Counted from the stretch's first letter, positions 41,900 through 51,613 are shown. The stretch: DNA of 64,000 bases from a virus (IMGVR_UViG_3300029305_005724:96001-160000), one strand, 5' to 3'. The notes: a model not told the origin generated them from the sequence alone. Numbers and translations: made by a program.

Positions 41900-42023
41900 T
41901 AAATGTAAAGAGTTCTACTGTAAAAAAGTAGAACTCTTTATTTTTTTTAATATGTGAATTGATGATATATTATAATATTGATAAAATTAAGTATTAATTC
42001 ATATATTTAAGGAGAATGGAATT

Positions 42024-42488
42024 ATGAAATATGGCTATATTTTTGTGCCTGAATCGTTTAGAAAGGATAAAGATTTTTTGGCACGAACTAAAGAAGAACT
42101 TGGTGTAGATGAAATGAGAATTGAATATGGTGAGAATGTTACTCAGAGACCAGAATTTGATGACATTATGTCTACTATCAAAGAAGGCGATATTATTGTT
42201 ACACGTAATATTTGCCATCTTTCTCATACCGGTAAAAATTTTATATCTTTATTGGCCAATTTACAAGCTTTAAAAATAGATCTTGTAGTAACAGAACAAG
42301 GCATAGATACTCGAGATTCAATTAATCTATTTGCTAATGTATTCAAAGCTGCTGAAGATCTTGATAAAGATTATTTAAGAAAAAGGCAAGCAGAAGGCAT
42401 AGCATTAGCAAAGGCTAATGGTGTATATAAAGGACGAAAACCTATTGATATCGATGAGACTTTATTGAAAGAGACTATGGATTCCTGA
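42024..42488 (+). CDS. serine resolvase/invertase-like protein lacking catalytic residues
   Basis: QRPEF, EGDIIV, GIDT, RQAEGIALAKANGVYKGRKP fit the family, but GYARVS is GYIFVP and DRLSR is CHLSH; no HTH. Confidence 0.75.
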   Translation: MKYGYIFVPESFRKDKDFLARTKEELGVDEMRIEYGENVTQRPEFDDIMSTIKEGDIIVTRNICHLSHTGKNFISLLANLQALKIDLVVTEQGIDTRDSINLFANVFKAAEDLDKDYLRKRQAEGIALAKANGVYKGRKPIDIDETLLKETMDS

Positions 42489-43620
42489 TGATAATGATGC
42501 TCCTCCTATAGAAGAGTATTACGAAGACGAAATTCAAGTTCAAGAAAAAGAAATTCCGGATACTATTCCTGAATTATTGTATTTAAAGTATGAAAATATT
42601 AAGAATAAATTTTTAAAAGTATTCGATGCTTTAGATGCTATAAGAAATCTTCCTAGAAATGCAAATAAAAGATGCTATATGGCATATAATATTGTATTGT
42701 CTATAATAAAGCATTATCTTAATAATTGTGATAATAGTAATTATTTCAACTATGATGAAGATGCGATCCATTATTCTAATACTATAACACCATTTTATAT
42801 TTGGCGTATGTGCAAGAAAATATATCAATTTGATAATGATTTAGCAGATATGGTCAAACATTTGGAAGTTAATAAGTTGGATATGGATCCTAATATGTTT
42901 GAAAGATTACCATATTTAGGTATGTGCATGATAGCTATTGTAAATGACGAAGAAAAGGCAATTTTTGTTTGTCTCGACAAACGTCCGGTAGATGACTATA
43001 AATGCATATATTTCTATTCACTAGATATTGACGTTCTTAAAGAAGAACTTTCAAAGGATACGGTATTTACAGCTCCTATTAAATATTATCTTCCATTAAT
43101 AAAAGGAAAAACAATAGAAGAGTGTATTAAAATTGGAGTTGAACGAAATCATGATCCTATTGAAGAGTATTATGCTGAGAGTCGAGAAGATCATATACAT
43201 CAGTTTACAAATCTTCTTATGTATATCTTGGCAAAGAATGCTGACATAAGTAAGCATAAAAAGTTTATAAGATCTATAAATAATAGCAAGCCTACTATTG
43301 AGCAGGTTGATATAGATTATAAGCTCGATGAATATCATGAAGATCTAGCAGATGTAATGCATGTCGGAATTACGATTGGAGATCGTATCCGTGAAAATGC
43401 CACTATGCTAGAATCTATTGGAACAAAAAGAGGTCATAGGGTTGGCGTTAAAGGAAGCCATAAATCTAAAATACCTCATGTTCGAAAGGCGCACTGGCAT
43501 GGTTACTGGTGCAAGAATAAAAGAACTGGAGAAAGACAATTGGTAATGAAATGGGTTGCCGCTATTATTGTAAATGGAATGCAAGCCAAAAATATCAATC
43601 TTAGCTCCATAAGTAATTAA
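42469..43620 (+). CDS. hypothetical protein, start unclear (possible frameshifted continuation of upstream gene)
   Basis: Frame open from 42469 with no RBS before TTG 42577; C-terminal PHVRKAHWHGYW motif. Confidence 0.6.
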   Translation, partial: KRLWIPDDNDAPPIEEYYEDEIQVQEKEIPDTIPELLYLKYENIKNKFLKVFDALDAIRNLPRNANKRCYMAYNIVLSIIKHYLNNCDNSNYFNYDEDAIHYSNTITPFYIWRMCKKIYQFDNDLADMVKHLEVNKLDMDPNMFERLPYLGMCMIAIVNDEEKAIFVCLDKRPVDDYKCIYFYSLDIDVLKEELSKDTVFTAPIKYYLPLIKGKTIEECIKIGVERNHDPIEEYYAESREDHIHQFTNLLMYILAKNADISKHKKFIRSINNSKPTIEQVDIDYKLDEYHEDLADVMHVGITIGDRIRENATMLESIGTKRGHRVGVKGSHKSKIPHVRKAHWHGYWCKNKRTGERQLVMKWVAAIIVNGMQAKNINLSSISN

Positions 43621-43639
43621 CTTTTAAAGGAGAAAAATA

Positions 43640-44002
43640 ATGGACAAACAAACCTTAAAGAATCTTGTAAGCCCACTTATTGGACAAGTGGAAATGCTTT
43701 CAAAAGTTCAAGATATGACTTTTAAGATTTCTATGGAAAGAGATCTTAAACAAGTTGGACTTATCAGCAATATCTCTAGCATTTCTAGCTCAGACAGAAA
43801 TGCTGGTCTTTCTGCATTTAACAATCTTCACAATGCCTGCTTTGATCTTTTAGAGAAGGCAGATTGCATTAGAAGTATTTTCGTAGAATGCTATATGTGT
43901 CAAGCATATCAATTTAGCATTACATATGAAAATGGGGAGTTTAAGAATGGAGCTCCTATTATGAAGCATTTAATATATACAAACAGAGGAGAAGTATTAT
44001 GA
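43640..44002 (+). CDS. hypothetical protein
   Basis: AAGGAG RBS. Confidence 0.65.
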   Translation: MDKQTLKNLVSPLIGQVEMLSKVQDMTFKISMERDLKQVGLISNISSISSSDRNAGLSAFNNLHNACFDLLEKADCIRSIFVECYMCQAYQFSITYENGEFKNGAPIMKHLIYTNRGEVL

Positions 44003-44343
44003 CATCAAAAGAAATTGAAGGCCTTATGATGCCTGTTTGCGATTTGGTAAAACAAGTCTGTAAGAAAGATAAGAATTTCGGTATTATAATCAGTAATATT
44101 GAAAATACAGTATCTATTCAAACTGATATTGAAGATGCTGTTGCCGATCGTGCTACTATTTATGCAATTCATAGTACATGTTTTTACACATTAAGCCAAT
44201 ATGAAGATATTAAACGCATTAGTTTTATCCATGCAAAGGGTCAAACGAACTGCACTTGTATTGTAGATTTTCATGAAATAGAAGGATGTATTCCTTTAGA
44301 ATGCACTTCGCATAAATGGACATCAATTCGTATTGAATTGTAA
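43999..44343 (+). CDS. hypothetical protein (weak paralog of 43640-44002)
   Basis: ATGA overlap; shared LHNACF/IHSTCF...IRSIF/IKRISF pattern. Confidence 0.6.
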   Translation: MTSKEIEGLMMPVCDLVKQVCKKDKNFGIIISNIENTVSIQTDIEDAVADRATIYAIHSTCFYTLSQYEDIKRISFIHAKGQTNCTCIVDFHEIEGCIPLECTSHKWTSIRIEL

Positions 44344-44432
44344 TCCTTTAGTAGTATAATCACATATTATAATTATGAAGCACCACAAATAAAATGCTTC
44401 AAAAATAAACAATAATAAAAGGAGAATGGAAA

Positions 44433-44669
44433 ATGAGCAATTCCACAAGAATCACAGCAAACCTTAACTGGAAGAGAACAGCTTCTGGTTATACAGCATC
44501 CGTAGTTTTTGACGAGGATGCAAAAAAGAGAGGATTGAGAGTAGATCTCGATTCTGTTCCTATGGGAGTAAGTAGAATCTCTCAGGGAGAAAATAGACTG
44601 GACTTTCATGCAGATTTCGGTTCCGAGATTAGCGTAAAAGATACAGTTTCCTTTATCGCTTCTAAATAA
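44433..44669 (+). CDS. small hypothetical protein
   Basis: AAGGAG RBS, promoter at 44363. Confidence 0.65.
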   Translation: MSNSTRITANLNWKRTASGYTASVVFDEDAKKRGLRVDLDSVPMGVSRISQGENRLDFHADFGSEISVKDTVSFIASK

Positions 44670-44695
44670 TACATACTTTAAAAAGGAGTGATAAA

Positions 44696-44925
44696 ATGAA
44701 TAAGCACGTGTCCATCATAGGTGCTCACGTAAAGTATTTCGATTTTCTTGGAGAAATGCATTACGGAGCATCATTGCAGTTGAACCTTCACCAAATCCTG
44801 AAGAGCCATACCTCTATATCAGTGATGAAGATGAAGAATTCAATACTCATGAAGATCTGGTCAATGGTACAATGATCAGATATGCTGAAATTAGAATCAG
44901 CAGCGAAGTATGCCTTGATAATTAA
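44696..44925 (+). pseudogene. small gene with apparent 1-nt deletion
   Basis: AAGGAG RBS, MNKHVSIIG...HYG then plausible protein continues in another frame (IIAVEPSPNPEEPYLYISDE...CLDN) to a stop abutting the next RBS. Confidence 0.55.
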
Positions 44926-44942
44926 AAAGGAGGAACCCTATA

Positions 44943-45518
44943 ATGAATAGACTACCACTTATCATTGCCGGCTTTCCTGGAGTTGGAAAGTCTGAAGCAG
45001 GAAGACGTTTACCTGGAAAGGTAATTGATCTCGAATCATCTGATTTCCATTGGATAGTACAGCCTGATGGAAAGAAGGTTGCTCATCCCGAGTGGCCCGA
45101 TAATTATATTCGAGCTATTAAAGCATTAGCTTTAGAAACAGAAGGACTTAAGAACTATAAGGATCTTGAGTTCATCTGTATATCTACTCATGCTGAAGTC
45201 CTCAGTAGACTACAGGATGATTGTATTGGATTCTTTGTTGCATACACAACAGCAACAAAAGAAACTATGATCAAGAGATATATCGACAGAGGAAATACTC
45301 CCGAATTTGTAGAAAAGCTTTTCGCAAATTATGATGCTTGGATTGAGAATATCAAAGCTCACGATGAATGGCATAAACTTGTCATTGATGAAAATGCTTT
45401 TCTTGGAGATTTTCTTGCTCTTGATGATGCATGGGATATTATCATGGATTCTATTGCCGATGATAATATGACAATAAACTTCAATGTTGTCAACCCCAAA
45501 AATGATAGTGCAGTTTAA
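44943..45518 (+). CDS. P-loop kinase-like protein
   Basis: IIAGFPGVGKS Walker A, IDLESS. Confidence 0.8.
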   Translation: MNRLPLIIAGFPGVGKSEAGRRLPGKVIDLESSDFHWIVQPDGKKVAHPEWPDNYIRAIKALALETEGLKNYKDLEFICISTHAEVLSRLQDDCIGFFVAYTTATKETMIKRYIDRGNTPEFVEKLFANYDAWIENIKAHDEWHKLVIDENAFLGDFLALDDAWDIIMDSIADDNMTINFNVVNPKNDSAV

Positions 45519-45618
45519 TTAATTTAAAATAAAGACAGGTCTAGCACCTGTCTTTATTTTTTTTGTATATTTGATAGCCTTGAACATAGAAATAAGAATT
45601 TAAAGGAGGGATGAAATT

Positions 45619-46944
45619 ATGGATAAATCGGAGTTTACAAGATTCACAGCATCGGATTTAGATCAAATTCATTCTAAGACTTTATATAGAAGCATCTGTG
45701 TTCCTAGTACAGTACAGGCATATTCTCTCTGTATAGAGTATGTAAAGCAATGGTTCCTTTCGAAATTTAATAAAGATTATTTTAAATCAATTTATGTAGA
45801 AGGGAAAAATATATATGACGATTTTAGATCGCTAAGTAAAGTTGATCTTATTAAAAGACAAAAGCCGTCTCTTACAATTACACCGTCATTTTCATGGGAT
45901 TTTAATGATGAAAATATAGATGCCTATCCTTACGGCATGGAACTATACACTCAGACTGGAATGTTTAAAAATTCTTTCTTTTCATGTAAAGAAACTGATT
46001 CTTATCTTGGCATAGGATTAGAAACAATACTTATGCCTTTTAATTTTAGGATAAGATTAGAAACTAGAGCTCAGCAGCTAGATCTTTATAAGTTTATAAA
46101 GATGGCTTGCAGAGTTGGATTTACTTGTGGAGAAGATACAAATCTTGATTTTCATATTCCATATCCATTAATGATTCAACTAGCTAAAGATAATGGATTT
46201 ACAACTACTGAAGAAAAGCTTGATGGAAAAGTAGTAAGGGAAAGAATTAATGAAATTCCAAGATTTTTACATTGGCTTAATTCACATAGTGTTCTGCCTT
46301 TTCTTTATAAGCATCGAACTCTTAATGGAAATAATGAATTCTTTTTAAGAATGACAAATATGTATGTACACTTGAGACCAACAGATATTTCTGCAGATGA
46401 TGGTGAGCGAGAAGGACAAATGACAAACAATTTTGCTATCGAACTTTCTGTAGAAGTAAGATTCCCTGCCCCGAAAATGTATGCATATTATTCAAATAAT
46501 GAGCATGAACTAAATACAATTTATAGTAGCTGGTTCCAGACTGGAGGACCGGTAAGCAATTGCTATACATTTAAAGAAATAGAAATCCCTGAAACCAACA
46601 GATATGGATGGGATCTTTATATGTCTACAACTTATGAAGATGATGATTTTGTTCTTACTGAAAGCAAGCTTAATATTGATTTAAGCGAATTACTTGAAGG
46701 AGATATTGGTCGTTGTATTGTAGACTGTATAGAAAAAGGCATTTCTCCTTCTATATTCTGTGAATTTTTATTCTATAATGGAGCAGAATATATTACTGGA
46801 AACTTTGATTGGGAAAGCTTAAAATTTGAAAGTGATGAGCTTGTAAGATCTCCTAATACATATATAGGTATTTATGTAGATAAAGCCTATATTGCCAATT
46901 ATATAACTTCAATCTCTGGATCAGACAGAGTGAATAAGAGTTAA
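45619..46944 (+). CDS. putative virion structural protein
   Basis: 441 aa, AACA-N6-TA promoter 45583, AAAGGAGG RBS. Confidence 0.5.
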   Translation: MDKSEFTRFTASDLDQIHSKTLYRSICVPSTVQAYSLCIEYVKQWFLSKFNKDYFKSIYVEGKNIYDDFRSLSKVDLIKRQKPSLTITPSFSWDFNDENIDAYPYGMELYTQTGMFKNSFFSCKETDSYLGIGLETILMPFNFRIRLETRAQQLDLYKFIKMACRVGFTCGEDTNLDFHIPYPLMIQLAKDNGFTTTEEKLDGKVVRERINEIPRFLHWLNSHSVLPFLYKHRTLNGNNEFFLRMTNMYVHLRPTDISADDGEREGQMTNNFAIELSVEVRFPAPKMYAYYSNNEHELNTIYSSWFQTGGPVSNCYTFKEIEIPETNRYGWDLYMSTTYEDDDFVLTESKLNIDLSELLEGDIGRCIVDCIEKGISPSIFCEFLFYNGAEYITGNFDWESLKFESDELVRSPNTYIGIYVDKAYIANYITSISGSDRVNKS

Positions 46945-46986
46945 AAGCAATAAGGAAGAGAATCGCTATGATTCTCTTCCTTAATT

Positions 46987-47991
46987 TTATTCATTGTCTT
47001 CAGAATCAGAGACGACAGTGATCTGAGGACTATTTTCTTTCTTAGATCTATAGATATAATGATAACCGATAATCGGAGAAATCTGATTTATCATTTTATC
47101 AATAACAGTATGCACTTCATTATTACGAGTTTCATCGCTTTCGAAAGTATCAACATGACTAAATTCTGCTACAACGAAACCTGTAATTGCTTCATCAGCA
47201 TTTTTAATAGCTTCTATGTAAAGTGATTTTACATTTGAGAATGCAACGAATTCTGCAATAGATCCATCTGTCTTTGCCGACATATCGACATTCTCAGCTT
47301 TATAAACACCAGTTTTCCAAAGATCCTCAATAAAATCATGGAAAAGATGAAGAGGCATTTCCGTATGAGATTTACCTCTAAGAGTATTTGTTACCCGGCT
47401 ATTCCATTCATGAATGCAAGACATTTTAAAGAATGGTAAACCGAGCATTGATGTATTGCCATTATGAAATACATATATAGCAATTCTATCGCATTTAAGT
47501 GCTTTAAGTGCCATACGAGAAGCATCCTTAAATGCCATATTGATATCAATATAGGCGCCTACCAAATCCTTATGGTAGTCGTCGCCTTTTTCTCGCTCCA
47601 ACGTCTCCACCTGTTTCTTAAGTCTGTCAATTTCGGCGAGAAGATTCTCATCTTGGGGTTTAGCTTGCTGTTTAGTTTTTTCCATTTCATAATTAATTAG
47701 TTTATTAAGCATATCTTCTTCAAACTTATTAGAATGGGTTTTACCTTGAAGAATGCCGTTAACCATTTTAGAATTGGAACGAATAATCAATGCAAAAAGT
47801 GCAATAAAAATTAGAAAAAATACGGCTAAAACTACAGCTAATATACCGTATTCTGATATTGAGCCCGCAATGCCATCTACGGCATCTGCGACGTCTCCTG
47901 CTGATTCTTTATCTGAAGAGCCACAAGCCACCATTCCAAGTACCATGAATATACAAAGGAATGCAGCCAAAAGGCATCGTAAATATTTCAT
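46987..47991 (-). CDS. lipoprotein-signal + TM + GAF-like protein (T4 holin T-like?)
   Basis: Signal ending MVA-C, second hydrophobic helix, coiled coil, CDRIAIYVFHNG...FFKMSCIHE. Confidence 0.5.
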   Translation of the reverse strand: MKYLRCLLAAFLCIFMVLGMVACGSSDKESAGDVADAVDGIAGSISEYGILAVVLAVFFLIFIALFALIIRSNSKMVNGILQGKTHSNKFEEDMLNKLINYEMEKTKQQAKPQDENLLAEIDRLKKQVETLEREKGDDYHKDLVGAYIDINMAFKDASRMALKALKCDRIAIYVFHNGNTSMLGLPFFKMSCIHEWNSRVTNTLRGKSHTEMPLHLFHDFIEDLWKTGVYKAENVDMSAKTDGSIAEFVAFSNVKSLYIEAIKNADEAITGFVVAEFSHVDTFESDETRNNEVHTVIDKMINQISPIIGYHYIYRSKKENSPQITVVSDSEDNE

Positions 47992-48213
47992 AACATCCAG
48001 GCCTCCTATTAGAATATCTTATTTATATGTTTGAAGTAAGGCAGCTCTAGGGGCTAAGAATCGAAGCCTGTTAAAGAGGAGACTCAAAACATATAAATAA
48101 GTCATATATAAATATAGGCAAGAGTTTGATAAATAACTTTGCTCAAACATTGTATTAAATATTTTACGACTTTCAACATTTAATTAAAATTGCTAAAAGG
48201 AGGCCATAAACTA

Positions 48214-48957
48214 ATGGGTGATTACAATTCTAAAGCTAGAATTCCTACTAGGCCTTTGGATAAGCTGAATGAAGATCAGGCTTTACCTAAAGAACTTATA
48301 GTGGATTATGAGAAGCATGAATTATATGTCACTGATGAGGCCGGTGAGATTCATCAGGTAACATCAGCTGGCGGTGGCGTTCTGGTGCAGAACTATGAGG
48401 TTCCCGTAAAGAGCGGAGAAGACAACTGGACTGCTACTGATGGTAACGCTCCCTATATTCAAGAAATTACCGTTTACGGCATTACAGAAGCCGACTATCC
48501 TATTGTAGACGTTATTCTGTCTGCTAATTTCGATGTTGCTTCTGAAGAGCTTGAAAACTACGCTTACATCTACAAGATTAACACTTCTGCAGATAAGATT
48601 ACGATTTATGCAACGAAGCCTACTGCAGTAGACCTTACTCTTGTGATTAAAGTATCTCGCACTTCTGGTGGAGCAGCAACTGCTCATCTTGAAGCCGATG
48701 TACTCGGTGGTACCGCTGCTTGGGAAGTCTCCGATGATGGTACCTATTATACTCAGAATGTTACTCTTGAAGGCATTACTGAGGACGATGCTCCTATTAT
48801 CGACGTTCAACTTTCCGATGATTATGAGGAAGCATCTGCAACTCTTGAAGATTATTCCAAGATTTATAAGATTACGACTGGAGCTAATGTTCTTACCGTT
48901 TATGCAACGGAACCGACAGAAGCTACTCTAACTCTTATAGTTAAAACTACAATTTAA
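48214..48957 (+). CDS. tail fibre-associated protein with duplicated domain
   Basis: Two W...YxQxxTxxGITExDxPIxDVxLS repeats; AAGGAGG RBS. Confidence 0.65.
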   Translation: MGDYNSKARIPTRPLDKLNEDQALPKELIVDYEKHELYVTDEAGEIHQVTSAGGGVLVQNYEVPVKSGEDNWTATDGNAPYIQEITVYGITEADYPIVDVILSANFDVASEELENYAYIYKINTSADKITIYATKPTAVDLTLVIKVSRTSGGAATAHLEADVLGGTAAWEVSDDGTYYTQNVTLEGITEDDAPIIDVQLSDDYEEASATLEDYSKIYKITTGANVLTVYATEPTEATLTLIVKTTI

Positions 48958-48974
48958 ACGGAGGTAAATAGGAA

Positions 48975-49682
48975 ATGAAAGTATTTCAGGTAATTAATGG
49001 TGTTTGTGCTTGGGAAACTAAGCATAAGAGCATCAAAGAAACTATTGGCATGTATCCTAAGGCTTGCCTCTTCGTTGAAGCTCCTGACTATGTTTTCAGA
49101 GGTTGGGGCTATAAGACCAGAGATGACGAGGGCAAAGTTTTGAGAGGAAATGATAGGTTTATTAAGCCTATTCCTCCCGAAGGAAAGTTCTATAATGATG
49201 ATAATGGTAAATTCATCGATGCCGATGAGTATGCCGTTTATGTTGAAAAGTTCATGGTTGCTAAGCAGGCTGCTAACAAGAATGCTCTTGCTGCATTTCT
49301 TGCTAGCCACCCTATGACTTATACAGATGGTAAGCAGTATGGCGTTACCATGGAAGACCAGAGTGAGATTAGCCTTAACCTTACTCAGTATAAGCTTCAG
49401 GTAGATGCTGGTATCGAGAACCCTGTTCTCCAGTGGCATGCTGTTCATGAGGCTTGTGCTGATTGGGCTCCCGAGGCTCTTACCCAGCTTGCACTTGCTA
49501 TCAGTGCTTACGTATATCCTTGGTTCAATAAAATGCAGGCTTATAAGGGCCAGATCTATGCATGTACTACTAAGGAAGAAGTCGAAGCAATTACCTTCGA
49601 CTATAGAACTGAGGAAGAGATTGCTGCTGAAGAGGCTGCTAAAGCAGCTGCTGAGGCCGAGAAGGCTGCAAAAGCTCAGTAA
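48975..49682 (+). CDS. tail fibre assembly-like (DUF4376-like) protein
   Basis: LALAISAYV...QIYACTTKEEVEAITFDY pattern. Confidence 0.6.
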   Translation: MKVFQVINGVCAWETKHKSIKETIGMYPKACLFVEAPDYVFRGWGYKTRDDEGKVLRGNDRFIKPIPPEGKFYNDDNGKFIDADEYAVYVEKFMVAKQAANKNALAAFLASHPMTYTDGKQYGVTMEDQSEISLNLTQYKLQVDAGIENPVLQWHAVHEACADWAPEALTQLALAISAYVYPWFNKMQAYKGQIYACTTKEEVEAITFDYRTEEEIAAEEAAKAAAEAEKAAKAQ

Positions 49683-49796
49683 TGAGAAATTTCATAGAGT
49701 AAGGATCTATACGGTCCTTACTCTATTACTTTAGGAAGCATGATTAATTTCGCAACATCATATTAATTGGTTTAAACACATGGCGGGAGGTTAATC

Positions 49797-50120
49797 ATGC
49801 TTAGACTTACAGATCATATATGGGAAATATATCAAATATCAAGGCAAAATAAAGTATCTATTAATATATCTGGAATTGATATGTTTATAGCAAACTTAGA
49901 ACTAGGTTATGATAGGTATAAAGGAGCTAGTAATATAGACTATTCTGAACTTGGAAAAGAATGGGCCAAAATACCAAAACTTAGCCAAGATAAGAGAAAA
50001 TTACAACTTAAAAATTTTATTTCAAGATATTCTACTTCATTAAGTAAAGCATGGCTTGCTGATGATAGAGAAACATTTGATTCCATCATAAAAGAAATTT
50101 TAGAGAGAAGACCCGAATAA
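49797..50120 (+). CDS. hypothetical protein
   Basis: GGGAGG RBS, promoter 49754. Confidence 0.65.
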   Translation: MLRLTDHIWEIYQISRQNKVSINISGIDMFIANLELGYDRYKGASNIDYSELGKEWAKIPKLSQDKRKLQLKNFISRYSTSLSKAWLADDRETFDSIIKEILERRPE

Positions 50121-50170
50121 GGTCTTCTCTCAACATTTATATAAATACTTTAGAAAGGAGTATTTATATT

Positions 50171-50650
50171 ATGAAAAAATTCATTAATATCCTTACTATG
50201 ATTATGAAGTACCTTTTATTCTTCTGTCTTGGAGGATTTATCTACTATTGCGTTGAGCTAATTTATCGTGGCCATTCACACCCTAGTATGTATATTGTAG
50301 GTGGCCTCTGTTTTATTCTTATTGGAATAATTAATGAAGTATTTAGTTGGAAAATGTTTATAGAGCTTCAAATTATTATTGGAGATCTTGCTGTATTACT
50401 TTTAGAATTCATTTCCGGATGTATTGTAAATTTATGGCTAGGATTAAATGTATGGGATTATTCGTCTATGCCATATAATATACTTGGTCAAGTTTGTTTA
50501 ACATTTGCATTTTTATGGATTCCATTAGTATTATTTGCAATATTGCTAGATGATTGGCTCAGATATAGATTACTTGGAGAGAATAAACCAGAGTATCATT
50601 CTGCTATTGTAAGATTTATAAACTGGATAAAAAGAAAAATTATAAAGTAA
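50171..50650 (+). CDS. CmpB/TMEM229-like membrane protein
   Basis: Four hydrophobic helices; ELIYRGHSH, LEFISG, VWDYS-x3-NILGQVCL. Confidence 0.75.
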   Translation: MKKFINILTMIMKYLLFFCLGGFIYYCVELIYRGHSHPSMYIVGGLCFILIGIINEVFSWKMFIELQIIIGDLAVLLLEFISGCIVNLWLGLNVWDYSSMPYNILGQVCLTFAFLWIPLVLFAILLDDWLRYRLLGENKPEYHSAIVRFINWIKRKIIK

Positions 50651-50834
50651 TCAAGAGAAGCCGAGAAGGGGAGTACAGACCCTTCTCGGCTATTGAAAAG
50701 CTTTCTCATACCTCATTCGTCAGATGCTAGGACTACCACAAACTAGCAACCGAATTGCTTGTCGTAAAACTGCCGTGACATGAGCACATATTATAACTTT
50801 GAAACCAATGAGACATCTATAACATTGTCAAATA

Positions 50835-50877
50835 CACCAAGAAGATCTAGCACATCTTCTTGGTGTTTTATTTATTT
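50835..50877. terminator. terminator hairpin
   Basis: ACACCAAGAAGAT-loop-ATCTTCTTGGTGT. Confidence 0.8.
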
Positions 50878-51128
50878 GAAGTTGTTATGTATTCTCAAAT
50901 AGCATGGTTTCGAAAGGAGGCAGAACCGTGGATAATGAAACTGTTGGAACCACACACGGTATGGAGGTATAATACTTGCTTCCCAACCAAATTTGAAAGG
51001 AGATACGTTTTATGAAGTGTTCACTAATTCGAATTTGGTCTGAATGAGAACGCATCTCTAAAAACTCATTCAGACCAATTACTATGTAAAGATTTGTGTT
51101 GTTATTTGAAATACTTGTTTTCTTCACC
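50835..51128 (-). ncRNA. putative small RNA with three anti-SD modules
   Basis: Lies between a duplicated promoter cassette and a terminator, no RBS-bearing ORF on the minus strand, 14-bp hairpin near 51035-51078. Confidence 0.45.
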
Positions 51129-51613
51129 ACAATTATATACAAGTATTTTATTTAGCTTTTACGAATCATTCAAATCAAATGGAGGATGGTCCCTAAAATA
51201 CCATCCTCCACTTTAAATTGAAAGTTCTATTTTTATTTTTGATTCTAATTCGCTACTGCGAATATAGTTTCTTAGTTGCCATAGAACTCCATTAACACTA
51301 ACGAATGAATCGTCTAAAAATACCAAATTTTGCATAGCAATATCTTGATCTTCAATATAGATATCATCTTCTTCAGCAGTTATTGACAATTTGCAAATAG
51401 TTGCTATATTACCATTAATAGATTTAACCAAACCTACTTTGCAGTAGTCAGCTTCATCATAAATGGTAACAAAATCTCCTACCGTAATAGGCAGGCTTCT
51501 ATCTAGAAGATCTTTGGGGTTTGTAATTTGAGCAATTCCTGTTGTCATTTTTCTTTACCTCTTTTTTTGTTATTTTTGAAGATAGGTGTTTTCTTCACCA
51601 CGATTATATACAA
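51116..51613 (-). repeat. 27-bp direct repeat (51116-51142, 51587-51613), putative promoter cassette
   Basis: TTGTATATAAT(T/C)GTGGTGAAGAAAACA, 1 mismatch, each with ATTCGTAAA at identical upstream spacing. Confidence 0.8.
51213..51548 (-). CDS. hypothetical beta-rich protein
   Basis: GAGGT RBS, own promoter and terminator. Confidence 0.65.
   Translation of the reverse strand: MTTGIAQITNPKDLLDRSLPITVGDFVTIYDEADYCKVGLVKSINGNIATICKLSITAEEDDIYIEDQDIAMQNLVFLDDSFVSVNGVLWQLRNYIRSSELESKIKIELSI

Noticed and set aside
44895-44910. 16-nt identity with the intron Q region (41301-41316)
   Set aside because: One such match is plausible by chance in 64 kb; no other intron elements nearby.
48214-49682. 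Additional DGR targets among the tail genes
   Set aside because: No TR-like sequence seen in these genes or elsewhere in the window.
50885-51142. 85-aa minus-strand ORF
   Set aside because: TTG start lies inside the promoter repeat and has no RBS.
51213-51548. Gene downstream of RT as Avd
   Set aside because: Acidic and beta-rich with its own promoter; Avd is basic and all-helical.
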